Positions 9,354 to 19,118 of a stretch of DNA of 64,000 bases are shown piece after piece; position 1 is the first letter of the stretch, and every line of letters begins with the position of its first letter. The notes below the pieces were generated by a model that had not been told where the DNA came from, searched no databases, and was given only the letters and a program-made list of their open reading frames with translations. The stretch is from Defluviitaleaceae bacterium (lineage in GTDB: Bacteria; Bacillota; Clostridia; Lachnospirales; WRAA01), in the NCBI GenBank assembly GCA_009780015.1, contig WRAW01000002.1, forward strand, positions 12 to 64,011. Reading direction: 5' to 3'. Made by a program: the position numbers and the translations under genes.

Positions 9354-11024
9354 ATGATAGAATCGCGGCAAAATGTGGGTTCGCCCGCAAAGGGGTTTGT
9401 CCCGCAGATCGTGGAATTAATCATCCCATTGTTGCTGATCGTATTCACGCTATGGCAGGGTTCATACTTCCCGATTCAATTCCTGATGATGACAGCGCTT
9501 CTGCTGCTTGCGTTTATCTTGTTCGGGAAGTCGCTTACCATAACAAAAGAGGCGGCGATGCTGTTCGCGATATCATTGTTATATTGCGTCAGTTTGCTCG
9601 TATTTACGGAAAACCATTACGCCGGATTGATTGAAACGTTGCGCACATTAATTTTTCCTCTGACATTGCTCCTGTTTCTCAATACCGACCCCGGCAAAAT
9701 GGAAAAAGCTCTTTTTATTGCCTTGCTGTACATAGCCGTACTTGGCCTGCTTGAAGTCTCTTCAGTGATATATATTCACGGTGGAGTCGATGAGAGCGTC
9801 GGCCGTTTACACTCGACGATCCAATATGCCAATATGACTGCCTTGCTTATGCTGACCGGCATATTGTATTCAATCAAAAACTATGTTACGAAAAGTAACA
9901 TCTGGAGCTTGTGCTACTGCGCCGTATTTGCCGTCGCGCTGTACCTGACCGGCTCTAGGACAACTCTTTTGATCGCTCTTGCGGTGTGCGCGCTGTATAT
10001 TTACATAATATCGCAGCGGCGTGGGAAAATAATCGTTGTATGCGCGTTGCTGTCCGCGATGGGTGTCATTGCGGCACTCGGCATGTTGACGGAAATCCGC
10101 ATATTCAGGATGTCGGTCTTTGAATCGACCCTGGTTGAGCGCTGGATCACGTTTCAAGACGCGTTTGAAATGCTTCACGGAAGATGGTTTCTCGGGATTG
10201 GAGCGGGTAATTGGCAGGAATGGCAGTTGCGCTTTCAGTCCGCCCCGTACTACGTGAGATATATTCATAACTACTATCTGCAATTGCTGCTTGACGGAGG
10301 GATACTGGCCCCGGCGCTGTTTTGCGCGGCGACGCTTCCCGCGGCTTACAGGGGGATACGCTCAAAGAGTGTGCATGGCGTGATTCTCATAGCCTTCATG
10401 CTCCACTCGCTTTTAGATATCGCTTTCATTTTTGCCGCAGGCGCAATGATAGCCATGTTCTCGCTTTCACGGCTGACCGTCGGCGGTAACACTCTGAATA
10501 TCGGCAGGCTTCGATACGCTGCGGTTGTTCCGCTTCTAGCGGTGACGGTCTTGCAGGGATCCGAACTGCACTCGACAATGGCGGATACGCACCGTGAAAA
10601 CGGAAACTTAGAGGCGTCTATGCGCGGATACAAGGCCGCGCTTGCATTAAATCCGCTTAATACGGATTTGTACTTTCGGATGGCACAGTCGACACTCGAT
10701 ATTGGATTAGCGGAGGAATATGTCCGCGCAGCCATTGAAAGAAATCCAAGAGACTCGCGTTCAATAGCGGCGTTAGCGCAAATTGAATCGCGCCGAGGCA
10801 ACTACGCGGCCGCGCTTGAGTTAAGCGGACGCCTGATTGAGAACCGAAGGTTTTCAGAGGATTACCGGTCACTGCGCAGGGAAATCGCAAGCCATGCGGT
10901 GAACAACGCGATTATCGACTATACGGAATACTGGGCGATATTGGCGGAGCTAGACGCTATTCTGTTGTATGTAAACCCGCTCCATACACAGTTTCACAGA
11001 AGTGAAATTGTTGATGATAATTAG
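9354..11024 (+). CDS. O-antigen ligase (Wzy_C) family membrane protein with a C-terminal TPR region
   Basis: The protein is multi-pass hydrophobic. Wzy_C motifs are present (LTGSRTTLLIAL and IHNYYLQLLLDGGIL). The C-terminus has TPR-like helices (YKAALALNP, ERNPRD). Confidence 0.8.
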   Translation: MIESRQNVGSPAKGFVPQIVELIIPLLLIVFTLWQGSYFPIQFLMMTALLLLAFILFGKSLTITKEAAMLFAISLLYCVSLLVFTENHYAGLIETLRTLIFPLTLLLFLNTDPGKMEKALFIALLYIAVLGLLEVSSVIYIHGGVDESVGRLHSTIQYANMTALLMLTGILYSIKNYVTKSNIWSLCYCAVFAVALYLTGSRTTLLIALAVCALYIYIISQRRGKIIVVCALLSAMGVIAALGMLTEIRIFRMSVFESTLVERWITFQDAFEMLHGRWFLGIGAGNWQEWQLRFQSAPYYVRYIHNYYLQLLLDGGILAPALFCAATLPAAYRGIRSKSVHGVILIAFMLHSLLDIAFIFAAGAMIAMFSLSRLTVGGNTLNIGRLRYAAVVPLLAVTVLQGSELHSTMADTHRENGNLEASMRGYKAALALNPLNTDLYFRMAQSTLDIGLAEEYVRAAIERNPRDSRSIAALAQIESRRGNYAAALELSGRLIENRRFSEDYRSLRREIASHAVNNAIIDYTEYWAILAELDAILLYVNPLHTQFHRSEIVDDN

Positions 11025-11101
11025 AAAGATCAAGAATAGGAGGGAAAAGTACGAAGTTAGCAGTAAATTATAACCCGCAACAACAAACATGAGAGGTGGT
11101 A

Positions 11102-12199
11102 ATGATGAAAGCGCTTATAGCGACATTATTGGTTAAAAAGTCCAGAATTGCTGTTATCGCGGTTGTATTGGCGATGGTTTTCGTGTTTCCGCTTGTTGTA
11201 CCGATAGTCGGAAACGTATCGGCGAATGTATATACTGCGCCGCCAGGTGGAAATGTATCGTCGAATGTATATGTTGAGCCGCCTACAGGTGAGCTCCCTT
11301 CGGTTGATGCTGTGCCGCTTCCTGATGTAGTTGTCGATATCATCACTCCTGAAATTGATTATGTGGCCGTCACAGGCGCTTCAGTGACTCAAGAAGTCGC
11401 GGCTGCGGCTATGGCTGCGGTAGCAGCGACTGCAGCGGAGGCAGCGGCGTCCACAGGCGCGGTAATAACAGCGGTGGGTTCGCCGGTGACTGTGTCCGTC
11501 GCCGAGCCGAATACGGTCGTGAATGTGACTCTCCCGGATGACGTTGACGTATCCGCGATAACTACCATGGCGGATTTCAGAGCCGACGGAAGTCTCGTGC
11601 CTGTTCCGACGCGTGTAGGCAGTGTAATCGTACTCATCAGCGGCGAAGTTACGCTTGTACCGCTGAATGTTGAAGTGAATTTCACGGATATCGACATGGG
11701 CGCGCAGTTTGTGCATGTGACCGATGAGATAAACCTCGCGGCGTCGATGATGATAGTCCAGGGCCGCGGAGGCGGTGTATTTGATCCGTCCGCGCAGGTG
11801 ACCGGAAGAGAAGCTTCGATCATGTTCCTGAGAGCTATGGGCGTTCCGGTGGATTGGAACACAGCTATGGCAACGGCGCAGGCTCAAGGTCTGACAGGCG
11901 GAGCAACCGTCGCGGACGCGCCAATGACTCGTGTAGCGACGGCGCAAATGATTAACAACGCGCTGAACAGCCTTGGCGTGGATATTGAAGTAACTCCGGC
12001 GGAAGCCGCGCAAATACTTGCGGGATTCGCAGACCTCGAAGATTTGACGGATGATGAGCTTGTCGCGCTGGCGGTATGCGCAAGGCTTGGCATTTTCCGC
12101 GGAGCAGGCGGTAATTTAATGAATCCTCAGGGTACGCTTCAACGCAGTCATATGGCCAGCCTCGTGGTAAGATTCCAGGACGTATTCTTGGGTATGTAG
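11102..12199 (+). CDS. Cell-surface protein with two SLH-like domains
   Basis: It has an N-terminal signal or anchor helix. Two SLH-like segments are present (FTDID....MIVQGRGGGVFDPSAQVTGREASIMFLRAMG and FADLEDL..LAVCARLGIFRGAGGNLMNPQGTLQRSHMASLVVRF). The start codon is uncertain (11096, 11102 or 11105). Confidence 0.65.
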   Translation: MMKALIATLLVKKSRIAVIAVVLAMVFVFPLVVPIVGNVSANVYTAPPGGNVSSNVYVEPPTGELPSVDAVPLPDVVVDIITPEIDYVAVTGASVTQEVAAAAMAAVAATAAEAAASTGAVITAVGSPVTVSVAEPNTVVNVTLPDDVDVSAITTMADFRADGSLVPVPTRVGSVIVLISGEVTLVPLNVEVNFTDIDMGAQFVHVTDEINLAASMMIVQGRGGGVFDPSAQVTGREASIMFLRAMGVPVDWNTAMATAQAQGLTGGATVADAPMTRVATAQMINNALNSLGVDIEVTPAEAAQILAGFADLEDLTDDELVALAVCARLGIFRGAGGNLMNPQGTLQRSHMASLVVRFQDVFLGM

Positions 12200-12264
12200 T
12201 ACGCGAATCATTATAATGTTCTCAAGTTAGAAGAATGACAATCAAAAAGCACAAACTATTTCAG

Positions 12265-12292
12265 ACCGGGCGTTGATAAGACGCCCGGTTTG
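12265..12292 (+). terminator. Candidate intrinsic terminator after the SLH gene
   Basis: The hairpin is accgggcgt-tgataag-acgcccggt, followed by a weak T-run (tttgtgg). Confidence 0.45.
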
Positions 12293-12308
12293 TGGTAGTA
12301 TCAGGGTC

Positions 12309-12524
12309 TAAGAGCCTGTTTAATATCTTTTCACCATTGTCTTGGCGGCTGATTTTCCGCCCTTCGTCGTCCCTTCCTTCTAGCGTACCTTCCAGGTACG
12401 CGTCGTCGTCAGCTCCTCCTACGCTGACGCTTCGATGCTAAACGCGTGCCACCGGCATACAGCATCCTAGAATGGCGAAAAATCAGGCTCGCCAATCCAA
12501 CGGCAAAAAGATATTAAACAGGTA
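12309..12524. repeat. MITE-like palindromic intergenic element, copy B (GAGCCTGTT-type terminal inverted repeats)
   Basis: The roughly 50-nt terminal inverted repeats are taagagcctgtttaatatcttttcaccattg...gctgattttccgcc and ggcgaaaaatcaggc...cggcaaaaagatattaaacaggta. The internal core cttcgtcgt..gcgtaccttccaggtacgcgtcgtcgtca is homologous to copy A. Confidence 0.65.
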
Positions 12525-12544
12525 GCGTCAAGAGAGGAAAAGCA

Positions 12545-15500
12545 GTGGCTATGGACAGTAAGAACGCCGTATCGGCTACCTGGGACGAAGTTGCGAAGCA
12601 ATATTCCGTAACAATTGACGACGGTGAGTACGAGCTCGCAAACGACATCATTGCCGTACTAAAAAAACACGGAATTGCTCGGGGAAGCAGGCTGCTGGAA
12701 TTGGGCTGCGGAAGCGGGCATCTTTCCGCGTGTCTTAATATGGCCGGCTATCAAACCGACCTTTTGGATTTTAGTCCTGAATCACTGAAAAAGGCTAGTC
12801 AAACATTTGAACAATACGGGCTGCATGGAAACTTCATCCAAGGCGACATAATGCATCTTGACGCTTTCCAGGAAAATGACTACGACCTTGTATGGAACAG
12901 CGGGGTAATGGAGCATTTCGCGGACGACACCATATTTGAGGCATTTAGAAATATAAGGAAAATCGCGCGCCGAAGTATTTTTGTCGCAGTTCCCAATCCG
13001 ATATCGGTTTCTTATCTGCTGATGCGATATATACGCCAATCCCAGCAGGACTGGCCTTACGGAAGGGAGTACCTGCGGTCGGACTATGATAAAGCGATAA
13101 AAGCCGCCGGGTTTGAGGATGTATCGGTTTGTTACCTGGGGAAAGCGGCTACAGGGTATAATTTCTATTTTGCTATGAAGGACGCGGAATTTTGCGACTC
13201 CTATGCGGATATGTTGGAGCGTGGGTTGCTTCCCGAACATGAGAATTATCTTACAGGTTACTTTGCGTCTATTGCTTCCCGCAGATTATTGTCTGATGAA
13301 TTATCGGAGGATGCGCCTTCGTTTGACGCCGAATCCATAACCGGAATTTACGAATTGAACGCGGAACGCTACGGGCTTGCAAAGCAACTGAGCAAGGTAC
13401 GTGAAACGCTGGGTGAGGCCGCAGCGCGTGAGCAGGAGCATATTGCTAATATAGCGGAAACGGAATCAGAGCGCAAGAAACTCGAGAATGAATTGGAATA
13501 CGCAAATGCGGATTGCCGGCGACTCAGGAGCGAATTAGAAGACTCAAATATAGACCGTCAACAACTCAAGAACCAATTAGAAAGCTCAAATATATATCGT
13601 CAACAACTCAAGAGCCAATTAGAAAGCTCAAATATAGATCGTCAACAACTCAAGAGCCAATTAGAAAGCTCAAATATAGATCGTCAACAACTCAAGAGCC
13701 AATTAGAAAGCTCAAATATAGATCGTCAACAACTCAAGAGCCAATTAGAAAGTTCAAATATAGATCATCAACAACTCAAGTCCGAGCTGGAACATGCAGC
13801 TACAGAACATAATCAAGCTTTAAATAAGCTTGGGAACGAGTTGAAAATTACAAATACGGAACGTCTGCATCTCAGGGACAAGCTGGAAAGCGAACGAGGA
13901 AACGCTCAACAGATTATCATTAATGCCTTCAACGCAACAGACCGCCTGTTTAAAATGCGGATATTTAAGATGCTTCATCTGCTGAGCAGGATTATTAACC
14001 AGCTTATAAAGGGCGGGTGGGCTGAGAAAAAAGGCTTTTTCCGCTGGCTTTGCGCGCATATTATGCGCCGCCCGTACAGCGACAGGGGATATAACCCGCT
14101 TCAAATGATTACGGACGCTTTGAGCGGGGAGCATACACATTCAAAATATATTCAGACTTCTTACAAGGACGATTATAAATCCGAATATACTTCTACAAGC
14201 TCTGACAGCGATATTTCTGATGTAAGCAGTTGGGAATTCTTCGGCGCGGAGCCTCTTATATCGGTGATGATACCGGTTTACAACCATGCCGGGTTGATAA
14301 GCGCGGCTATTGATTCCGTACGCGATCAAACATACAGGAATTGGGAGCTTATAATCCTCGACGACGGGTCTGAAGATAATCTCGAAGAGGTCTTGGAGCA
14401 ATACTCCGGCGATCCTCGCATAAGCGTATACAAACAGAAGAATCAAAAACTCCCGACGGCGCTTACGCACCTTCACTCTCTTGCCAACGGTGAGTTTTTG
14501 ACCTGGACTTCGGCCGACAATATAATGCTGCCGGATATGCTGAAGGCGCTTGCTTCTTCGTTGCTTGAGAATATTGACTGCTCGTTAGTATACGCGGATG
14601 TAGCCGTAATTGACGAACATGGAGATTACTATACAGGCGAATATCGCGACAGGGAAAGAGACCCTGAAAGGCCATATATAATCAGATTGCCCAGGGACGC
14701 TTCGGCGCTGGGCGCCGAGCCCGACAACTTCATTAACGCCTGTTTTCTGTACAGAAGAGAGGCGTCCGGCGCGCTGGGGGGCAGATATTCCTCTGACCTG
14801 GAAGGACTGGAAGATTACGACTATTGGCTGCGCATGTCACGAACCGGGAAGGTAATGCATATTGGAAACAATGAACCCCTATACCTTTACAGAGTACACA
14901 AAAACACAATGAGTGAAGATTTATTGAAAAATAAGCAAGAGCAGCACTTTGCCAGAGCTAAGAAGCTGATTCGGTTTGAGGGGAAAAGGGCGGAATTTTC
15001 AAAGAAGCCTTGGCAGATTGAAATTAAGTGCGACAGTGTATCTCTTATGGTTGACAGCTATGTTTTCTCAGATAAGAAGATTGCAATATATTCGGATAAG
15101 AGCGATGTCGGGGAAACGGCAGGCACAGAGCTTCCTGTCGTTTATGACGGACATAATTTTAATATTACGTTTAAAAACACAAGCTTGAGCATCGCGACCG
15201 GGGCGAATGTTAATCCGTTGTGTGTAAAGGCGAGGTATATTAAGCCGGACTTACCGTATTGGGAGTATACGGCGATGGGCGGCAGGAAGGTTATAGGTAT
15301 TCATTCGGATATCGCGCTGATTAACGTCGATGAATTTTCAAAAATCATTTCCCGAAACGATGATTGCTTTTTTGTCCTTTGCGATACCTCCGACGGCTCC
15401 GATAAGGCGAAGCGGCTGGCTTCAAAATTCGAGAACTGTGTCTACGTAGGCAAGCGGGAATTAGGTGAGCCGTACTATATGTACTCTTCCTGGGATGCGA

Positions 15501-17017
15501 TAATGCTTCCCCCTGTTGAAAATGAGTTCGCAAAATATAATTTTGTCGAAGAACGGGTGCTTGCCTGGTCATGCGGTCTATGGCTTATGTACCCTGGAAG
15601 CTTGGTAAATTTTGAGGCCATGCCATGTTGCTGCGCGTATTATCAGAATGATAAGCTGCCCAAGGTATGGAAGTTTGCTTCTCCGCGCAGCAATGTGAAA
15701 CTGATTAACTCATATATCGATGAATTTTCAGTTGAAGGGAGAATCAGAAAGCTTTGCGGTTTGTGCAACGCCATTACCGAGGAACATTGGCTTGACAGAC
15801 CGCCATTCTCGAAATACGCCATACAAGAGGAGCTTCCCGCAAAAGTCGAAAAATATGCAAACAGCTTTATACCGGCAGGATATATCGGCTTTATGGTAGA
15901 TACCTTGGACAAGGGCGGTCTTGAGCAGGTAACTGCGCTTCTTGCGATTAGAATGAAGGACAGAGGGCTGCCCGTTAAAATTCTCTGCACATCGTCGGGC
16001 GGGGCCGTTGCGGATCAGGTTGCCGCCGACGGCATAGAGGTTGCTGTTTTTGACGGCGACAGGGATAGGATTGTAAGGTATTTGAAAGATAACGTTCCTG
16101 ATGTCATAAGCAGCCACTATGTTCAGAACTTCTACGATGTTCCCAGGTCGCTGGGTATTCCGGTTGTTGAAACTATTCATAACATGTACGCATATTTCGA
16201 TTACAATGACTGGAAGAGAGAAGCCGTTAGGTCTAAGTGCTTTGACGCTATGATAGCCGTTTCCGATACCGTCAAAGAATATTATCTCAGGCACAACCCT
16301 TCATATGGAAGAAATATAGAAGTCGTAGGCAACGCTGCGGACATCAGGAGAACCGGCAGCGAAACCGGACGCCTGTTCAGGCGGAGTTTTGATATTTTGC
16401 CGAATAAATTTGTATTCCTCAATGTAGCTTCGTTTGACGGAAGGAAGAATCATTTCGGGCTCTTGTCCGCGTTCGAGCAGTTCTATAAAGCCGTAGGCAA
16501 TGATGCTGTTCTGCTTATTGCGGGCAATATACTCGATAGTAAATACTACGGAAGAGTTATCGAATATATAGATACGCTACACTGCAAGAGCAATGTGGTC
16601 TGTCTTGACTATATAGATCGTATCGGGGAGGTATTGAACATGGCCGACGCGTTTGTAATACCTTCATTTATCGAGGGATGGAGTATTGCGGCCACAGAAG
16701 CCGCTTACGCGGGCTTACCTGTAATCCATAGCAATTGTGGCAGCGGCAGGGAGCTTTGCGGGCCTGATAATGAGTACGGTGCGCTCATTTCGCACCCTCT
16801 GGGCGGCCTGGAGAACATTAACCGGGAAAATATCAATTCAGCTATATATGAGGCGGAACAAAAAAATACACGTGAATTGGTAGACGCAATGGCCGTCATG
16901 TACAACAACAAGGAGATTTGGAGCAAGAAGCGGCCGTCTGTCCGAGCCCGCGCGCTATGCGAGTTTAATGTTGACAGAATGGTTGACGGATATCTTAGAG
17001 TGTTGGAGGCGAGATAA
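12545..17017 (+). CDS. Giant multidomain glycan-synthesis protein: class I SAM methyltransferase, tandem-repeat helical linker, GT2, uncharacterised domain, GT4
   Basis: The N-terminus has the SAM motif LELGCGSGHLS. The linker has six copies of a 14-aa repeat (QLESSNIDRQQLKS). The GT2 signature is ISVMIPVYNHAG..DQTYRNWELIILDDGSED, with DYDYWLRM further on. The C-terminal GT4 motif is EGWSIAATEAAYAGLPVI. Confidence 0.8.
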   Translation: MAMDSKNAVSATWDEVAKQYSVTIDDGEYELANDIIAVLKKHGIARGSRLLELGCGSGHLSACLNMAGYQTDLLDFSPESLKKASQTFEQYGLHGNFIQGDIMHLDAFQENDYDLVWNSGVMEHFADDTIFEAFRNIRKIARRSIFVAVPNPISVSYLLMRYIRQSQQDWPYGREYLRSDYDKAIKAAGFEDVSVCYLGKAATGYNFYFAMKDAEFCDSYADMLERGLLPEHENYLTGYFASIASRRLLSDELSEDAPSFDAESITGIYELNAERYGLAKQLSKVRETLGEAAAREQEHIANIAETESERKKLENELEYANADCRRLRSELEDSNIDRQQLKNQLESSNIYRQQLKSQLESSNIDRQQLKSQLESSNIDRQQLKSQLESSNIDRQQLKSQLESSNIDHQQLKSELEHAATEHNQALNKLGNELKITNTERLHLRDKLESERGNAQQIIINAFNATDRLFKMRIFKMLHLLSRIINQLIKGGWAEKKGFFRWLCAHIMRRPYSDRGYNPLQMITDALSGEHTHSKYIQTSYKDDYKSEYTSTSSDSDISDVSSWEFFGAEPLISVMIPVYNHAGLISAAIDSVRDQTYRNWELIILDDGSEDNLEEVLEQYSGDPRISVYKQKNQKLPTALTHLHSLANGEFLTWTSADNIMLPDMLKALASSLLENIDCSLVYADVAVIDEHGDYYTGEYRDRERDPERPYIIRLPRDASALGAEPDNFINACFLYRREASGALGGRYSSDLEGLEDYDYWLRMSRTGKVMHIGNNEPLYLYRVHKNTMSEDLLKNKQEQHFARAKKLIRFEGKRAEFSKKPWQIEIKCDSVSLMVDSYVFSDKKIAIYSDKSDVGETAGTELPVVYDGHNFNITFKNTSLSIATGANVNPLCVKARYIKPDLPYWEYTAMGGRKVIGIHSDIALINVDEFSKIISRNDDCFFVLCDTSDGSDKAKRLASKFENCVYVGKRELGEPYYMYSSWDAIMLPPVENEFAKYNFVEERVLAWSCGLWLMYPGSLVNFEAMPCCCAYYQNDKLPKVWKFASPRSNVKLINSYIDEFSVEGRIRKLCGLCNAITEEHWLDRPPFSKYAIQEELPAKVEKYANSFIPAGYIGFMVDTLDKGGLEQVTALLAIRMKDRGLPVKILCTSSGGAVADQVAADGIEVAVFDGDRDRIVRYLKDNVPDVISSHYVQNFYDVPRSLGIPVVETIHNMYAYFDYNDWKREAVRSKCFDAMIAVSDTVKEYYLRHNPSYGRNIEVVGNAADIRRTGSETGRLFRRSFDILPNKFVFLNVASFDGRKNHFGLLSAFEQFYKAVGNDAVLLIAGNILDSKYYGRVIEYIDTLHCKSNVVCLDYIDRIGEVLNMADAFVIPSFIEGWSIAATEAAYAGLPVIHSNCGSGRELCGPDNEYGALISHPLGGLENINRENINSAIYEAEQKNTRELVDAMAVMYNNKEIWSKKRPSVRARALCEFNVDRMVDGYLRVLEAR
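13532..13780 (+). repeat. Near-perfect 42-bp tandem repeat, about 6 units, in frame inside the 1490-aa gene
   Basis: The unit caacaactcaagagccaattagaaagctcaaatatagatcgt is repeated head to tail with very few substitutions. Confidence 0.9.
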
Positions 17018-17021
17018 GCTT

Positions 17022-18860
17022 ATGCTGAAAAGAATCCCCGATTTACGTCATAATTTGGCGTTTAATTGCATATTGCTGGCCTTGCTTGGCGTTATTACAG
17101 GGCTGCTGTCATTGCTGCTCGGAGCGTCTACGTTTGGCCTGCCAATGTTTGAGACATACTTCCACTCGCCGATGGTGATATTGCTTAACCTGCTGCCGCC
17201 CGTCGTCCTTATATTCCTGATGTATTTTGTAAGCGGGCGCGCGTGGGTGGCGTTTTCCTTTCCGTCGCTTGTGGTGCTGGGGCTTTCCGCGGTGCAGTTT
17301 TTCAAGGTTCAGATGCGGGGAGACGTGTTTGTGGCGTCCGACATTCCGCTTATGCGCGAGGCGTTCTATGTCGTCGGGGCGGAATTCCACCTGACTCTGC
17401 ACTGGGAGCTGGTTCTGACCATTGCGGCGTATATCTGCGGGGTCGTGTTCTGTGTGTTTGTGCTGAAGCGCGAAATAAGCAGGGTTTCGGCACGCGTCGC
17501 CGGGAGCGCCGTACTTGTAACCGTGGTCGTGCTGCTGTACTCGTTTGTTTACAGCGACGCGGGTCTTTATGACAGGACGGAGGGCGGCTACCCCGCCAGC
17601 CCGTGGTCGTTTTCGCAAAGATACATATCGCGGGGCTTCGTGTACCCGTTCATTCACAGCATCAGGTACGCTTTTCCGGCCGCGCCTGCCGGCTTCGACA
17701 GAGACGAGGCAAGGCGGATGCTTGCCGAGTTCGAGTGCGGCGTGATTCCAGACGACAAGAAGATCAATGTCATTACCGTCATGCTCGAGTCATACATGGA
17801 CCTCTCGGCGTTCGGCACGCTCGAGTTCCTTGTGGACGTATACGGCCCGCTGCACAGGCTGCAGGCAGAGTCGGTTTCCGGTATGCTTATAAACAACGTA
17901 ACCGTCGGCAAGACGATCGACACCGAACGCTTGTTCCTGACAGGGTATACCCGCCTGACCCGCTTTGGCCCCGCGGTCATAGACTATTGGCGCTATTTGG
18001 GGGCCGAACACTACAGCTCGGCGGTAAACTCCTACGTACACTACCTTAACTCGCAGGGCTTCCACACCGAAGGCTATACGGCCGCCGCGGGCTGGTTTTA
18101 CGACAGAGCCGCGGTCAACAGACACCTTGGCTTCGCTGAATATTTCTTCCTGGAAGACTTCGAGAACAGCGACCAAACCGACGAATTCTTCTTTGATACG
18201 GTAATGGCGCTGTATCAGGCCCGCGACAGGGGCACACCCTATTTCAGCTTCAACCTCTCGGCCCAGAACCACGGCCCCTACGACAGCGCCGACACGACCG
18301 AGCCGCACAAGATCGCCCGGGGCGACCTGTCCTTCGAGGCTTTCAACATTCTCAACAATTACCTTACCGGAATCTACGACACCACCTGGCGTCTTGAAAG
18401 CTTCATAAACCAACTGCGCTACGATCCCGATCCGGTGGTCGTGCTTGTCGCGGGCGACCACACGCCATGGATGGGCAACGACGGCTTCGTATACGCCGAG
18501 CTTGGAATAAACGTTGACGAGACCACGCCCGAAGGCTTCCTGAATCTTTATTCAACGCCATACTTCATATGGGCCAACTACGCCGCGAGAGCCGTCATCG
18601 GAAACGACACATCCGGCTACGGAGGCAGCTTTTCGCCCAGCTTCCTGATGGGCAAGCTCTTCGGCGTCATCGGGTGGGACGGCGAAGCCTATATGCAAGC
18701 TCTCGCCGAACTCAAAACCCAGGTCAGCGTCATAAGCGCCCCCACCGGAATGTTCCGCGAACACGGCGTACTGACGCCCGCCCTCTCTCCTGAGGCGCAA
18801 GCCTCCTACAACCGGCTGCGAATGATGGAATTCTACAGACTGCACAATTTTGCGCATTAA
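17022..18860 (+). CDS. LTA synthase / sulfatase-like family membrane protein (phosphoglycerol or sugar-phosphate transferase type)
   Basis: It has about five N-terminal transmembrane helices followed by an extracellular alkaline-phosphatase-superfamily domain (INVITVMLESYMD, VLVAGDHTPW). The ATG at 17022 follows the stop of the upstream gene. Confidence 0.65.
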   Translation: MLKRIPDLRHNLAFNCILLALLGVITGLLSLLLGASTFGLPMFETYFHSPMVILLNLLPPVVLIFLMYFVSGRAWVAFSFPSLVVLGLSAVQFFKVQMRGDVFVASDIPLMREAFYVVGAEFHLTLHWELVLTIAAYICGVVFCVFVLKREISRVSARVAGSAVLVTVVVLLYSFVYSDAGLYDRTEGGYPASPWSFSQRYISRGFVYPFIHSIRYAFPAAPAGFDRDEARRMLAEFECGVIPDDKKINVITVMLESYMDLSAFGTLEFLVDVYGPLHRLQAESVSGMLINNVTVGKTIDTERLFLTGYTRLTRFGPAVIDYWRYLGAEHYSSAVNSYVHYLNSQGFHTEGYTAAAGWFYDRAAVNRHLGFAEYFFLEDFENSDQTDEFFFDTVMALYQARDRGTPYFSFNLSAQNHGPYDSADTTEPHKIARGDLSFEAFNILNNYLTGIYDTTWRLESFINQLRYDPDPVVVLVAGDHTPWMGNDGFVYAELGINVDETTPEGFLNLYSTPYFIWANYAARAVIGNDTSGYGGSFSPSFLMGKLFGVIGWDGEAYMQALAELKTQVSVISAPTGMFREHGVLTPALSPEAQASYNRLRMMEFYRLHNFAH

Positions 18861-18930
18861 TAATATACACAATGACTAATTTAAAGTATGCGTTTCACAT
18901 ATCTTCCCATGAAATTTGGCGACTAGAATA

Positions 18931-18959
18931 TTGACAATTGTATAACAATGTGTTAAATT
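18931..18959 (+). promoter_or_regulatory. Candidate sigma-70-type promoter upstream of the 19.1-kb surface-protein gene
   Basis: TTGACA, a 17-nt spacer, then TAAATT. It lies about 160 nt upstream of the predicted start. Confidence 0.35.
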
Positions 18960-19118
18960 AGTAGAAGGCAACTATATCTGACCCAATGATACATACCGAC
19001 AGCATCGATTATGACACAATTTGTAAACAAGCTTGTAACTCTATTAAACAAGGGGGATAGGGCAGGTAGTATTTTTGTATTTCAAAATAATTCAAATTGC
19101 AGGGAGGTTATGGTAATA

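Noticed and set aside
9305-9634. ORF 9305..9634 (+), 109 aa
   Set aside because: It overlaps the start of the O-antigen-ligase-like gene in another frame. It has no ribosome-binding site and no recognisable similarity.
13513-13812. ORF 13513..13812 (+) with a repetitive protein (TTQEPIRKLKYRSS)n, and whether the 42-bp repeat could be a CRISPR array
   Set aside because: The ORF is an alternative frame of the 42-bp tandem repeat inside the 1490-aa gene. The repeats are contiguous with no spacers and sit in frame within a long CDS, so this is not a CRISPR array.
17243-18872. Numerous Arg-rich ORFs on both strands within the LTA-synthase-like gene (for example 17603..18049 +, 17790..18461 - and 18552..18872 -)
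   Set aside because: They are typical high-GC shadow frames inside a gene with clear transmembrane and sulfatase-fold domain organisation.
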